Origin: the human T2T-CHM13v2.0 reference genome, Homo sapiens
Reading direction: 5' to 3' (one strand)
DNA length: 64,000 nt
NCBI RefSeq assembly: GCF_009914755.1
Contig: NC_060927.1
Part shown: positions 13,650-26,471 of the stretch, in pieces
Layout of the letters: every line of letters begins with the position of its first letter
How positions within the stretch are numbered: the first letter of the stretch is position 1
Notes under the pieces: model-generated
What the model saw: the letters and a program-made list of their open reading frames with translations, nothing else
What the model was told of the DNA's origin: nothing
The model's database searches: none
Position numbers and translations under genes: made by a program

Positions 13650-16600
13650 CAGAAGAATTACAAACACACACCACGAACAACATGTGGTTGTAATGTATAT
13701 GTAGAGTTTATTGGGAAAACATGCATATATAGAGTTTACTGGAGAAAATTCAAACTAAAGAAGTAGTATAGCACACGCTGTCTTCCAAGCTCATTATTCT
13801 ACAACTTAAGCAGGGTATAGATGGTCTGAATGCACCCTGGCCATGGTTTCACCAGGAGGGGTCTGCCAGGATGAGAAGCTAGAAGAAAAACTAAGAACAT
13901 GCCAAGACAGTGAATAAGCCTGGAGCCTGCACTGCATTACATATTTTTTGGTTAACCTATGAGGGGCTAGGGAATACCTAGTTTCACAAAGTAACAAAAA
14001 ATATTTTAAGATATCTCTGAGCCCAGGTAGGATGATACAGAGAATGCATACAAATCAGGTGGGTCCGGAAAGCTATGCATGCTAGGAATGCAGACATCAA
14101 AGATCTTTTCTCTCTGTAGGCCATTACACCAAGTGAGCCAGCTCCCTGCCAAGATACCAATAAAGAGGAGAAAATGAGCCTCTAGAGCCATGTAGACTTG
14201 TTTCCCATCAGGGTCTTAAATATGAGTGACAAGAGTCACTTCCACTTTCTGACTTAGTTCCCATACTTGTATATTCTAACTATGGAAAAAATACAACTGC
14301 ATATTAGTTGCTATTTCGAAGCAAGTTATGCATCTTGTGTGACAGCAAATCCAACCTTGGAGGGTGTTGTCTCCTAGGTGGCCCCCAAACTGAATCTTCA
14401 GCCATTCCACTAGTCTACTAGATCAGCTAGTACATAGATATGAATTAATTGCCAATCTTTTATGTTTCTAGGTTAGAAGCAATGCTGTGTGGGATACCAT
14501 AACTTGTAAGTAAGGCATTCTATAATTGCTTGGATGATAGTACTAGAAGCTAGATGCATTGATAAGTCAAATCCAATTTTGAACATATATCTATTTATAT
14601 TAAAAAATTTTGCTCACCAAGACTTGTTTCTCCTTTTGAGTGAGATATTGTGCATATTGCAACACTTGTCTTTCACACTAAAAGGAATGCACCTATATGC
14701 CCTTAGAAACTTCTCTAAAGGCAGAAGCCTGAAATTTCATTTTATCTCTTACTCTGTACACACAAATGACTTCCTAATCATTTAGGATATTCTTTCTATT
14801 CCCCCTAACCAGATTCAATCAGCATCTAAGTCATGGACAAATGTGATGTTCTGTGAAAGGTACTAATCAAGGTCCTGAGTATGTATAAGCATATTACATA
14901 AGGTATGAACACTCCCATACCTTTTATAATATAGAAGCATATCATATACTGTGTTGATACCTCATATACTATGTTTATACATACAATACACTGATAGCTC
15001 TGACAAGAGAAAATGAGCTGCTCCTGGTCAACCTTTCAAATTGATATGGAGAAGAAGAAAAAAGCATTTTTCAAGCCAGATTAATAGATGTGTACCAAAA
15101 TCTAAAGCCTTGTTTGCTTTATTGTACTCAGAATACCTATGTGGAATAGCAGTTGCAATTGGAGTAACCACCTGAGTTTAAGACAGCCCTCAGTCATTCT
15201 TTATGACTCCTTATGCCTTTTTCCTGGAAGTAAACTTGTTGTGGCCCTCCAGGGATGAGGCTTTGCTTTTCATTTACTGTGTAAGTACAGATGGCACTTC
15301 CAGGTGCTAACGCTTGGGACTTCTTATCATAATGGACAATGCTGGGGTTCTGTTAGTTTCCTAATGTGCTTTACCCAACTATGCTATTAGGAGCTGGGAA
15401 AGTTTCCTAATGTGCTTTACCCAACTATGCTATTAGGAACTGGAAAAATACCCAAAGGAGAATCCTGGACCCAAAAGGACCATTTTCAGATAGACTTGGC
15501 CCAAAACTTTATTCATCAGCCAATTTCCATAAGTCCCAGAAGACTATAGTGGCACTTCAGGTGCTCAGGGATGAGTGTCAACTCAGAGCCCGTGTCTAGA
15601 ATTTTCCCTTTCTCCAGTGCGAAGTCATAGGTGAAATGGCCATCTACTCATTCAGGCTATGCTTAGAGGAAGATTTATAATCTGTATACATGAGGATGTT
15701 GCAAGACCTTCCCCAAGGGGGCCTGGTCTCTCCTTCAATTAAGCAATCCAGGTTTATAGACTAGTTTAGGTGGAGGAATTGGAGGAGACGCCATGACTTC
15801 TTACTGCAGTGACTCAAATAAGACCTGTGCTCCCTATATATAGTGATTCTCTATAATAAAAATCAAGTAATATTTTATGCCTATTTATTTTGTCCCTAGG
15901 TCCCGGTAATCAATTATCCATGACTCAGGTCCCTCAAGTTTAAAACATTCTGGATGGCAGTCCACCTTTACAACCAATCATGGTAATTGAGCCACCCTTA
16001 TCTCTGATGGTTAAGTACTGCCACCTGGCCTCTGTCACTCTGGAATCCCACAATTTCCATTAAAATCATGTAGACTACTTCACAAGTGGCAACTCCCATC
16101 ATCAACCCCTATTTCCAGTTGAAATTCAGAACCAAGTTTTCAAAAATGCTGGTATTTCCCTCATGAAGCACTTCTCAATGCCCTGGTGATATAAGTGTTT
16201 TTTTGTAACTTTCAGATAAAATTTTCAGAGGAAGAGAAGGCAAATTGTCCATAATTATTTTACTCTAAATTTATCATGTTTGTATATCTGTTGGACTCCT
16301 TGCTCTAAATAATTACAGGAAAGTTTTCGCATCTTGACCTCTTTAGACATAGTCCTTTGTGGAATCCATGCTTTAGGCAGTCAACTAAGTGAACTATTTC
16401 CAGATGATCAAGTTAATACATTAAATCATGAATCCAATAGATATAGCCAACCTAACTCTATATTTCATTTTCTTCCTTTCACATGCTTAGGATTCATTTA
16501 TATATGTGCTCTTTAAATTTCAATTAATCGATATGGGCAAGTTTTTGCAATTCCTGGTGGTCTATATGCTGTCTTCTTCCAAGATAACTATTGATTCTAC

Positions 16601-17325
16601 CCTGGTCTTACTGGAATCTGATTCCAGTTTTGGATCTATAAACAATGAAGTGTGATGTGTGTGAATTTCAAAAGAAGGCTAGTTTCCTCAGGAAAATGAA
16701 AAGAGGGAGAGGTGTTTCTACTGGGAAATCAGTTTTGATATTGAATTATGGAACTTATTTCATTGTGGAAGTCCAGTGTCCAGCTTTATCCGTGAACAAA
16801 CAGGTTTCTGTCCATTTCTAAGAGAATCATTGCTTTCTCACTAACCCCTGAATATTAACAGAAGAAATTTGGCAAAGTTATCTGACCAACTTGCTTCAAA
16901 ATTCTCCAAACTACACCACAAGACGTTAGTCTTGACTCTCAGCCATGCTGTCCTGTATGTATAATGGATAAAAATAATTCACTGAAAGCTGTCGTCAAGT
17001 ACTCTGGTTTTCTACCTGTGTTCGAGCTGAAACTTTAAAGTCTTGCATTGGCTTTCTTTTTTTGGAAACCTTGAAGTGTTGTCTCAAATACTTTATCAAG
17101 CTCTACAATACTTGTAATCATTGTTACTGCCATAGTGGCAGAGTACAGCAGATTACTTAATTTCTTAGAGCCTTGATAATCCAGGTAGTTGTGATGCCTC
17201 TGCATACCATGGATTACTAAAATTCTCTCTCTGCCTTCATGCGGCTCATTCCTACTTTCATGCTCTAACATAAAATCCTTTCTTGAGGATTTGTTTCCTG
17301 GGATCACTCTTTATGGACAAAATGG
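13650..17325 (-). mobile_element. Decayed ERVL-class internal region
   Basis: Minus strand at ~17270-17320 reads agagtgatcccaggaaacaaatcctcaagaaaggatttt, typical of an ERVL leader, directly next to an LTR. Left boundary uncertain. Confidence 0.5.
15355..15446. repeat. 46-bp tandem duplication (2 mismatches)
   Basis: agtttcctaatgtgctttacccaactatgctattagga(g/a)ctgg(g/a)aa at 15355 and 15401. Confidence 0.95.
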
Positions 17326-17715
17326 TATATGCCATATTTCAACCAGGTAAATAGAAACCACTCTGAGTTCTTAAACAGCAAATTTGAAGCAGGAAATTGG
17401 TTATGTAGTGATAGAAGAGCTATGGAGATGGTCAAACAAACTAGAGATTAGCAACATCAGGAAGCCGCTCCCACCCATAGGCGCAAAGAGGAGAAGCATT
17501 CTAAAAGGAGCCCAGACACTAGGGTACCCAGCAGTAGCTGGGAGTGTGTCAGCAGCTGAGGCCTTAGATGAGTCATAGTCACTGCAGGAGACACAGCTGC
17601 TGCCAGAGATGCTGTTCAAAGCAGAGTAGGAGACAGAGAAATATCCCGGCTTCTCCTTGTACGCGGTCTCACCCTGCAATCTCCTGCCAGGGCCAGAGCT
17701 CAATCCGCTGGTGAT
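17326..17715 (-). mobile_element. LTR33-like ERVL LTR
   Basis: aatagaaaccactctgag...caggaaattggtta...agcaacatcaggaagcc...gctgctgccagagatgc...caatctcctgccag. Confidence 0.65.
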
Positions 17716-19518
17716 ACTACATGGACACTGTACATGGTACATTGTACATGGGACAATCTACACGGGACATTGGAAAGTCTAGGAAGGGATCAGTCTTGGG
17801 AAAACAGTTTCAGTACCTGCAAGGAAACTAATGTTTCCCTTTTCAGAACAGAGTGGTTTATCAAGGAAGAGAAACTATGTCTTCCTCCACCTCGGAATGG
17901 ACTGCTCTGGCTGTAATTTGTATCCACCCTTGCGCAGTTAGGGGGCCTCGGGCTTGATGTGATCAATCTATTTACAGTAAAGCTATGATGAGGGTAAAAA
18001 CTGATGAAGTATGTGTTAGGGCATTTGCTGAGAAAGACGTACTCATGAGAAATGAGGCAAGTCAAATTGACTAATATGGAAACATTATTGATAGAAGAGA
18101 ATGTGATAGAGATCCATACACATGAAACAGTCAGATCAAGGAGGTTGAGGGTGTTTTTAGGGCACAGAGACTGTATTCATTTAACTTGCTTTGTCTACAT
18201 GCTGGATGGCATCATGAGCAGGTGGCAAATGCCTTCAAATTATCACGATAAACTGTTCTTACTAATGAAAGTGTGAATGACTGTAGGTAATTACATGAAA
18301 TTCAGTCATGAGATTAAGCCGTCAGCAAGTGCAGGAAAATTATATTGAAATTTAGTCATTTATTAGTGTCCCAGAAGAATCTATAGACGCCAACATGGAT
18401 CGTTGAAATTAAGCTGGACACATAACAAAGATTTTGTTTTGTAAAATGCAGCAGAGCTGATTGAGCTGGATAACCTGTTATGTCTTTAATGATATATGTC
18501 TGTAACTTTGTCTACTGTGCTGCCTGTAATTAGTAATAGGAATGCTGTGAATGTTTTTTCTTAATTCTACATTTCTATTTTCCACCACTGAATAATTCAA
18601 ACCAGCACATGAAACATATGGGATGAGCAAAAAGTCTAAATTGTGCACAGGTTTGCATATTGGCTCCTTGAAAGAAAAACTTAAAAACACAATTCCAGGA
18701 TGTCAAATTCCTAAGAGAATCATGTCTTTCTTGCTATTTCTTTTCTCTCTTTTTTTTAAAACTTCAGATTACATAAATGCCAATGGCATTTGTTGCCGAG
18801 ATTGTTTGGAATTTTTCTTTGTTCCACTCTGAACAACATTGTCATTATTGAATTTTTACAGCTCCAACTTCCATTAATATCTGAAGAAGTTGTTAAATAA
18901 TCTTTTCCAATTAGATTATTCTTTCCAAACTATTCTAGCTCCAGGAAAATATGAATGATGATGTCTAAATAAGGTACGGTGTCATATTTAAAGAAAATAC
19001 ATGTACAAAAACTTTTAGAACTAGAGGAAGCCTTAAAGATTGTCTAGTTGTATTGTTCCTATTTTATAGAGAAGAAAACACATCAAAGAAATTTAGTTAT
19101 TTTTTTTCTAGGAGCACACGGGTTGTTAGTGACAAAAGTAGGTCAGGAATAGATTGTTTTTCAGATAATCTACGAAAGCATTCTTTAGGTAACTCTTCAT
19201 TATTCAGTAAGATTCCATTACTTTAACATGTGATGTAGTTCTGGTTCATGATCATGCATTGTTGCAAACAACATATAGTTTTATTATTAAGAACAACAAG
19301 ACTGCTTTATCCAGAGGATAACTCATTCCTCATAATTCTCGGCATCAGGTTATTTGCACACAAATTCTTCAGTTCAGAGTCATCTTACAGACTTTTTCCT
19401 TGTTTGTCTGCTTAAAATTTTTTCCAAACATTTTTAACTTTCCCTTCTGTCTCTCTCAGTCAACCAGGTCTTGTTACATCTTAGTTATTCAGCATGTAAC
19501 TCTCTTATCATCTTACGG

Positions 19519-19825
19519 TTTTGTTTGTTTGTTTGAGGCAGGGTCTTGCCCTGTCACCTAGGCTGGAGTGCAGTGGTACGATCTCGGCTCACTTGGACCT
19601 CAGCCTCCCGAGCTCAAGTAATCCTTCCACTTCAGCCTCCCAAGTAGCTGGGGTTATAGGCATGCACCACCACACCTGGCTACTTTTTGTATTTTTTTGT
19701 AGAGATATAGAGACAAGGTTTCGTCATTTTGTCCAGGTTGGCCTCAAACTCCTGATCACAAGTGATCTGCCCGCCTTGGCCTCCCAGAGTGCTGGGATTA
19801 CAGGTGTGAGCCACCACACCCCACC
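19519..19825 (-). mobile_element. Alu (AluJ-like)
   Basis: Antisense two-arm Alu; TSD cttatcatctt/cttattatctt. Confidence 0.95.
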
Positions 19826-19961
19826 TTATTATCTTTGAATTTTCAGTTTAATGTACTGCAACAGATAGAAACCAGAAATTAAAAGTGCAAAGCCACAATC
19901 AAATGCCTTTCTAAATAGAACTTCCTTTTTTATCGTGGGAGACATGCTTAGGTGACATGTG

Positions 19962-20708
19962 CATAGGGGATTTGCCGTGAGGCTAACCAGCTAAAGCATC
20001 CAGGTCTCACTTGCACAGGCCCTTTCCCAGGTCTTGGGATGAATCTAGAGCTCATGTTGACATATGTTTTTGTAATTTTCTCAAAAATTAGCTGTTTTTA
20101 AGCACTATTGTTTAAGAACACTGTCTCCTTCACTCACATACACTGTCTTCTCCATCACATGTTCCTCTTATGGGATGGGAGGGATAAAGCTAAGACAAGG
20201 TTGGGTTGGTCAACACATACAACTGAGATTTAGTGGATATATTTATGCCATTTTCAAATACTTCTATGTACAATTAAGTAGTCATTCCCTGGTGTATAAA
20301 TGGCTTCTAGGAATCCTTCAACCCCATCCATTGCAATGTTTGAAATGGGCCTGAGATGACCTCTCTCTATGAACATATCCTATCAGTGTTCTATCAGCAA
20401 GCACAAGGGTTTAGTGAAAAAGATAAAAAACAGGTTTAAAATGTGCAGAGGATTAAAACTAGTCATTAGAAATGCAGTGCATCACATATGCATCTTTAAG
20501 CAAGTAATTAATGAAAATATACATTTTTTTCTGAATTTTGTGTTCTATGGCATTTATTTGCTTTTCAAAATTTGTCCATTGTGATTTCTCATTTTCAGTC
20601 TTCACTTATGTACATAACTTGGTATTCATTTTGTATTCTTTTTCTTAAAAGGTCATCCTCCCCCCAGCTTTCATAAGTCTCAGGCCCCACAAATCCTGGA
20701 TCCAGGTG
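19962..20708. mobile_element. Probable hAT-Tip100 DNA transposon relic (Arthur1/Zaphod-like)
   Basis: ctcacttgcacaggcccttt near the left end and aggccccacaaatcctggatcc at the right end resemble recalled hAT termini. Confidence 0.4.
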
Positions 20709-21274
20709 ATTAAGTTTCCAAAGCTAATCCTTTTAGACCTCAGAGGGAAAGCCTGTTCCTGGCTCGCTTTAGCAGCTGAAGTTTAGCAGGGCTGGGGTAA
20801 CAAAGACCTAGTAGAACAATCAAGAAATAAAAACAGGTAAAAATCTTTTCTGGGACATGCAATAAAAAGTTCCACATCAGAGAAGCTGAATTTTTTTTGA
20901 CAAGTCTAAGAGAATTGTCATGGTGCCAGGGAGCACGGGCAAGTTTGGAAGCCTCACGGGTCCAAAAGTACAGCAGAGAGCAAGGCGCAGTGGTTGCATC
21001 TAAAAATATTTCCATGAAAAAGCTGGCATTTCTGAGACTTGCTTTTTATGAATGTGCACTACCTGATCAGAGAGAGTGGGTTAGCCTATTACAAATAGTC
21101 AATACAGACACCATATTCACTGTCAACATTGACAAGGGAAATGGATGAAACATCCATATGAATTCAAATCAGGACTTCTAGGGATTGAAATCACTACTTT
21201 GTTTTACTTCTATTAGTATTTTTACCACGTATAGTTGACCCTATAGAAAGTCTAAATAAAGAGAAAAAAAAGAT

Positions 21275-21327
21275 ACACACACACTCACACATTCACACAC
21301 ACACACTCACACACACACACTCACACA
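21275..21327. repeat. Interrupted (CA)n microsatellite
   Basis: Direct reading. Confidence 0.9.
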
Positions 21328-21654
21328 AGTTCTGGGGGTAGGATGATTTCTCCTGCTTTATTTTCATGAGTTTAGAGAAAGAAGGAAATGGGGATTATAG
21401 TTCATAGCAATCTGAATTTTGATGCAGAAATTGGACTAGATTGTCCAATTACTTATCATGATGTGTCAGTCTCATAATGCAATTTTAAGAAAGTAAGACA
21501 GTAGTGCAGAGAGTACAGCTAGTTTGTGGTATAAGCGGTTTAAAAACCAGGCTTTCGGTTACCTGCAGTACGATCTCTAGACTTCTGCCTTACTTATATT
21601 TTGTATGTGAATGTGAGCAAACACTAGGCACTCAATATTAATCATATAGTAGAT

Positions 21655-22110
21655 TGAGATGGAGCTTGGTGTAGTGGAAAATACATGAGCTATGAAATTA
21701 CACAACTGGACTTTTAATCCTGATTCTGCTGTGTCATATTATTTAAAATCCCTGCAACTCAGTTTCTCATCTCTAATGTGAAAATAAGGAAACTCGCCTT
21801 GAAAAGTTGTTCTGAGGATTCCAAGAGGTGACTTTTGTAAAGTTCCTGGTTATAGATGCCTAGTAAATTTGAGCCAGTACTAATTGATGCATAAAATTCT
21901 AAGCTTCCTGGGAAGTCTAGTACTTGACAGGCACTTACACATTATCCCATCTAATCTGCATATCTATCCTATAATGTAGGTATTACCATCTCCTTTTTAC
22001 TAATGAGGAAGGGTACATTTCCCATGTCAAACAACTGGCAAGTGGGGAGTAGGAGGATGATAGAATCTTATAGCCTCTCAGCTTTCTGACACAGAAGCTG
22101 CAGATTAAGA
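21655..22110. mobile_element. Two MIRs in opposite orientation (+ ~21655-21870; - ~21920-22110)
   Basis: ctcagtttctcatctctaatgtg (+) and ccatctcctttttactaatgaggaa (-). Confidence 0.65.
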
Positions 22111-22723
22111 CAAGTGTTTTGAAATGATTTATTCTATTCATGTTTGTTAAAGTCTTGCCCAAACACATACTCTAAGTGTGAGAAATGAGGGTACTTCATT
22201 AAAAAAATTTTTCAGGACTAAAATGTAATTTTGATTTTTTTTCTAGCAGACAAAACAAGTGCTGAACACCTAAAGAGATTGGGGAGTTGACAGTTTCAGA
22301 TGAAAAATAAGATGTCAACATCAAGAAGCTATAATTCTTCCAATCCGGTATAAGATTTGAGGATAAGCTGAGTAAAGAAATAATTATATTCCTTGAGATC
22401 AGAAGTATATGTCAGATGAATTTATTCTGTATCCCCAAGTGGCAAATAATGTTCTACAATTCCAAAGTCTCTCATAGCTCTCATTCATGAAAGCCACATT
22501 ACTCTCCCTCACTCTTCCAAAGTATCCTATCCTTCCTGGCCATTTTTAGCTTCTCCTACTGTCTCTTTTTATCCCAGTTGGCTATGAGATTATAAAATCT
22601 TCTCACAGCAAATACATTCAGATGTGACAATAGCAAAAATTTGGGGGTGGTATGGAGTTCTGAGTTTCCTGTTTGGCTAAATCTGGGTTTGGATCCTGGC
22701 TCTGTCACTCACAGCTGGGTGCC

Positions 22724-22943
22724 TATATTAGTCAGAGTTATCTACAGGAGAAGAACTAATAGGAGATTTTATATATCTATATATCTATATCTATATCTAT
22801 ATCTATATATCTATATATATATATATATCCCAACACACAGACTCAAATGTTAATCTCCTTTGGCAACACCTCACAGACACACCCAGGATCAATACTTTGC
22901 ATTTTTCAATCCATTCAAGTTGACACTCAGTATTAACATCACA
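22724..22943 (-). mobile_element. MLT2A LTR (HERV-L 3' LTR), internally deleted, with (TATATC)n/(TA)n tract
   Basis: t(a)tattagtcagagtt...gaactaatagga at one end; ctcctttggcaacacc...caagttgacactcagtattaacatcaca at the other. Confidence 0.92.
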
Positions 22944-23398
22944 AGTCCACCCCTTGTCGAATTGAACCCATACACATCTCCTGAAATCATACATAACTTC
23001 AAATAAAGACAATAATAAGGTCATAATTACACCTAACATACTACAACTCTCCTTCATACAACCAGAAATGCAACAATCCCTAATCCAAATGCTATTACAT
23101 TAAGTTAACACACATAAATGCTGACATGAAGTCATTAAATCTTACGTCACATGATAAAGGAAAAAGGGAATAAAATGAAGATATTTTCTTAGTGCAAGTG
23201 TATACTTGCACAAACATATTTCTAACAAAAGGAGAAGGAAATACTCATGACAATTACAGTCCCCATTTCTGCAGCTGGTCACATGGTCGTAGCTGATATT
23301 GATGACTACCTTGTTCTGCTACCCATTCTGTATTCCCTTTGCCTTCAGCAAGCATCTTGGCAGGTCGTGGTTTTTTCCCCTGGTGGAGTTACCCAACC
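22944..23398 (-). mobile_element. HERV-L internal region, 3' end including polypurine tract
   Basis: Minus strand acaaggggtggact abuts the LTR tgtgatg; aataaagacaataataaggtcataatta is characteristic of the HERV-L 3' region. Confidence 0.88.
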
Positions 23399-24224
23399 GT
23401 CAGTTCTTGACTTCTGTGCACTCACAGGCTCAACATCATGTGGAAGCTGCCAAGGTTTAAGCCACAGCCCAGCCTCTATGTTGGGCCCTTTCAGCCACCA
23501 CTAGAGCAGCTGGGATGCACCAAGACCTTAGGCTGCACACAGCACAGGGACCCTGGGCCCAGCCCACAAAACCATGTTTTCCCCCTAAGCCTCCTGAGAT
23601 GGGAGGGACTGCCATGAAGACCTCTGATATGCCCTGGAGACATTTTCCCCATTGGCTTGGGGATTAACTTTCAGCTCCTTAGTATTTATGCAAATTTCTG
23701 CAGCCGGCTTGAATTTCGCCTCAGAAAATTGATTTTCCTTTTCTATCACATTGTCAGGCTGCAAATTTTCTGAACTTTTATGCTCTGCTTCCCTAATAAA
23801 ACGGAATGCCTTTAACAGCACACAAGTAACCTCTTGAATGCTTTGCTGCTTAGAAATTTATTCCACCAGATACTCTAAATCATCTCTCTCAAGGTCAAAG
23901 TTCCACAGATCTCTAGGGCAGGGCAAAATTCCTCGTCTTTTTGCTGAGACATAACAAGAGTCACCTTTGCTCCAGTACCCAACAAGTTCCTCCTCTCCAT
24001 CTGAGACCATCTCGTCTTGGATTTCATTGTCCATATCACTATCAGCCTTTTGATCAAAGCTAGTCAACAAATCTCTAGGAAGTTCCAAACTTTCCCATAT
24101 TTTCCTGTCTTCTTCTGACCCCTCCAAACTGTTCCAACCTCTGCCTGTTACCCATTTCCAAAGTTGCTTCCACATTATTGGGTATCTTTTCAGCAGTGCC
24201 CCCACTCTACTGGTACCAATTTAC
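23399..24224 (-). mobile_element. THE1 internal region, 5' ~830 bp
   Basis: gtaaattggtacca leader; decayed MaLR ORF (WNSLEGSEEDRKIWESLELPRDLL, SKGDSCY, CPRDLWNFDLERDDL, AEHKSSENLQPD). Confidence 0.93.
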
Positions 24225-24550
24225 TGTATTAGCCCATTTTCGTGCTGCTGATTTCATACCCGAGACTGGGCAATTTACAAAAGAAAGAGGTTTAATGAAC
24301 TTACAGTTCCACATGATTGGGGAGGCCTCACAATCATGGTGGAAGGCAAGGAAGAGCAAGTTACATATTACATGGATGGCAGCATACAAAGAGATAGCTT
24401 GTGCAAGGAAACTCCCCTTTGTAAAACTATCAGATCTTGTGAGACTCATTCACTATCACAAGAACAGCACTGGGTCCCTTCCACAATTCTTGGTAATTAT
24501 AGGAGCTACAAGATGAAATTTGAGTGGGTGCTCAGGGCCAAATTATATCA
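24225..24550 (-). mobile_element. THE1B-like LTR
   Basis: tgtattagcc...catacccgagactgggcaatttacaaaagaaagaggtttaat...gccaaattatatca. Confidence 0.93.
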
Positions 24551-24708
24551 GTGCCCTTCAGAATGAACTTAACTGATGATTTCCTCAATTACTGAAAAGT
24601 TAGATTAATTAAAGAGCAACAACAATATTTACTTAGTGATAAGTAAATTAAATACTTAATTCTAGTAACAACTCTGTGAAGTAGTTTCCTTTAATATCTT
24701 CATTTGAT

Positions 24709-25039
<331 letters not shown>

Positions 25040-26319
25040 TTAAAGAGGTGAAGAAAATTATCCAAAATATACAGCTTCTAAGTAGCATTGCTGAAACTCA
25101 ACCCCCATTTTTATATTGCTAACAGCTTCTCAAATAATGCTATCTGCATATTGCTATTTGTGAGAATCACTTGAGGTGAATTCATGTAATACTCATGATA
25201 GATCAATGACTTTCATTAAATATTGGTTCCTATTTCTTTGTATTTATATAGCACTTTATTTTTCCCAAATCAGTTTAGATTTATTTCACTTGATCTTCCT
25301 TGGACAGATAAACAGAAATATAAGATTAAATAATATCAACAAATCACCAGTGGAAATGGTCCTAGGATGTGGGCCTTCTCTCTTCATATTTGGTACCTTC
25401 TTTCCTTCAAACCTTCAATTCTTCAAGATACCATAAGAAGAAACTTTGAATTTTAACTTTTCTTGTGTCCTCCCTCCATTTTCGGGCTCTGAGGAAAGGC
25501 ATATGAAAATAGGGCATATGCTTATTTTCATAAAAGGATGAGTGCCTTGATGTTACAGAACCTGATAGCACACACTTAAAATGATTATTTTGCCATCTTT
25601 GGAATCATCATGGCTGGAGGGCCACTCACAACAGGACTTTTCCTCTTCTTGCAATGATAAGCCTTAATGGAATCTGGCCTGCAGAGTGTCTGGGCTGTGT
25701 GTGAGCCTGATGTCAGATCAAGTCCAAGCAAGTTCCCCGAAGCTCAGGCTTTACAACATCGTGTAACTCAGAAACATTCCATCAAGCCACCACCCACCTT
25801 TTCCAGTGGGAATCTACTAAAATGATTTTCTTGGAAGCAGTGTGGAAGTAGGGGGAAGGGTGTTAAATTTGTGCTTTTGGAGTGGATTGTAGATGGGTGA
25901 GTGGGTGGAGAAAAGAGCGGGGGGGGGGCGGGAATTAAAAGCAAAGATGGAAAAAATAACCACACTGCCACCAAAATATTCTGCTCAAGGATGAGGGAGT
26001 TTACCCTACAGCTGTTAGCGCTGTTCAGCATATTTTGCATATTTATATATACCAAGTATTTCCAAACAGCCTTGTGTTTGTTTTAAAATCCCACACGGAG
26101 ATGTCTGGTAAAGCTGTCACTGCAGAAACTTCATGGTGAAGTTTGTAAGACTACTTTCAAAATTCTTTATATGCATCATAAACTGAGCAGAAGAGCTATT
26201 GTCATTAACCACATTATAGAGAAATCTAAACTAATCTGCCTACCCATCAGACAACACTCAGAACAAAGCACCCATGTTCTAAGACAAAGAAAGAACCTCG
26301 TTGATTGAAGCCAATTTTT

Positions 26320-26325
26320 TTTATT
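26320..26325 (-). terminator. Distal polyadenylation signal AATAAA
   Basis: tttatt on + strand. About 20-40 nt downstream on the minus strand lies gaggttctttctttgtctt (U/GU-rich), with CA dinucleotides at ~26302-26307. Confidence 0.7.
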
Positions 26326-26471
26326 GTTGGTGTAATTTGTTTAACACAAAATGGCACATAGCATGATATCATGTCACCCATTGATCCTTGATTAGTCCTG
26401 AAGTTATCAAAGTATGATTTTTCTTTATTTCTGTTGACTCTAATCTTTGACTTAACGATATTTTCCCAGAC

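Noticed and set aside
13180-17715. MLT2 LTR and LTR33-like LTR as a second mixed-LTR provirus
   Set aside because: Opposite orientations and no shared TSD found; independent insertions.
19521-19838. Alu-derived ORFs here and near 24.8, 27.7, 32.5, 43.6, 45.0 and 51.3 kb
   Set aside because: Typical Alu translations (LECSG, SASQVAG). Only the 26-nt phase-matched piece at 51377-51402 is retained.
23585-24205. 115-aa and 78-aa ORFs with protein-like sequence
   Set aside because: Frameshifted remnants of the THE1/MaLR internal ORF, not a host gene.
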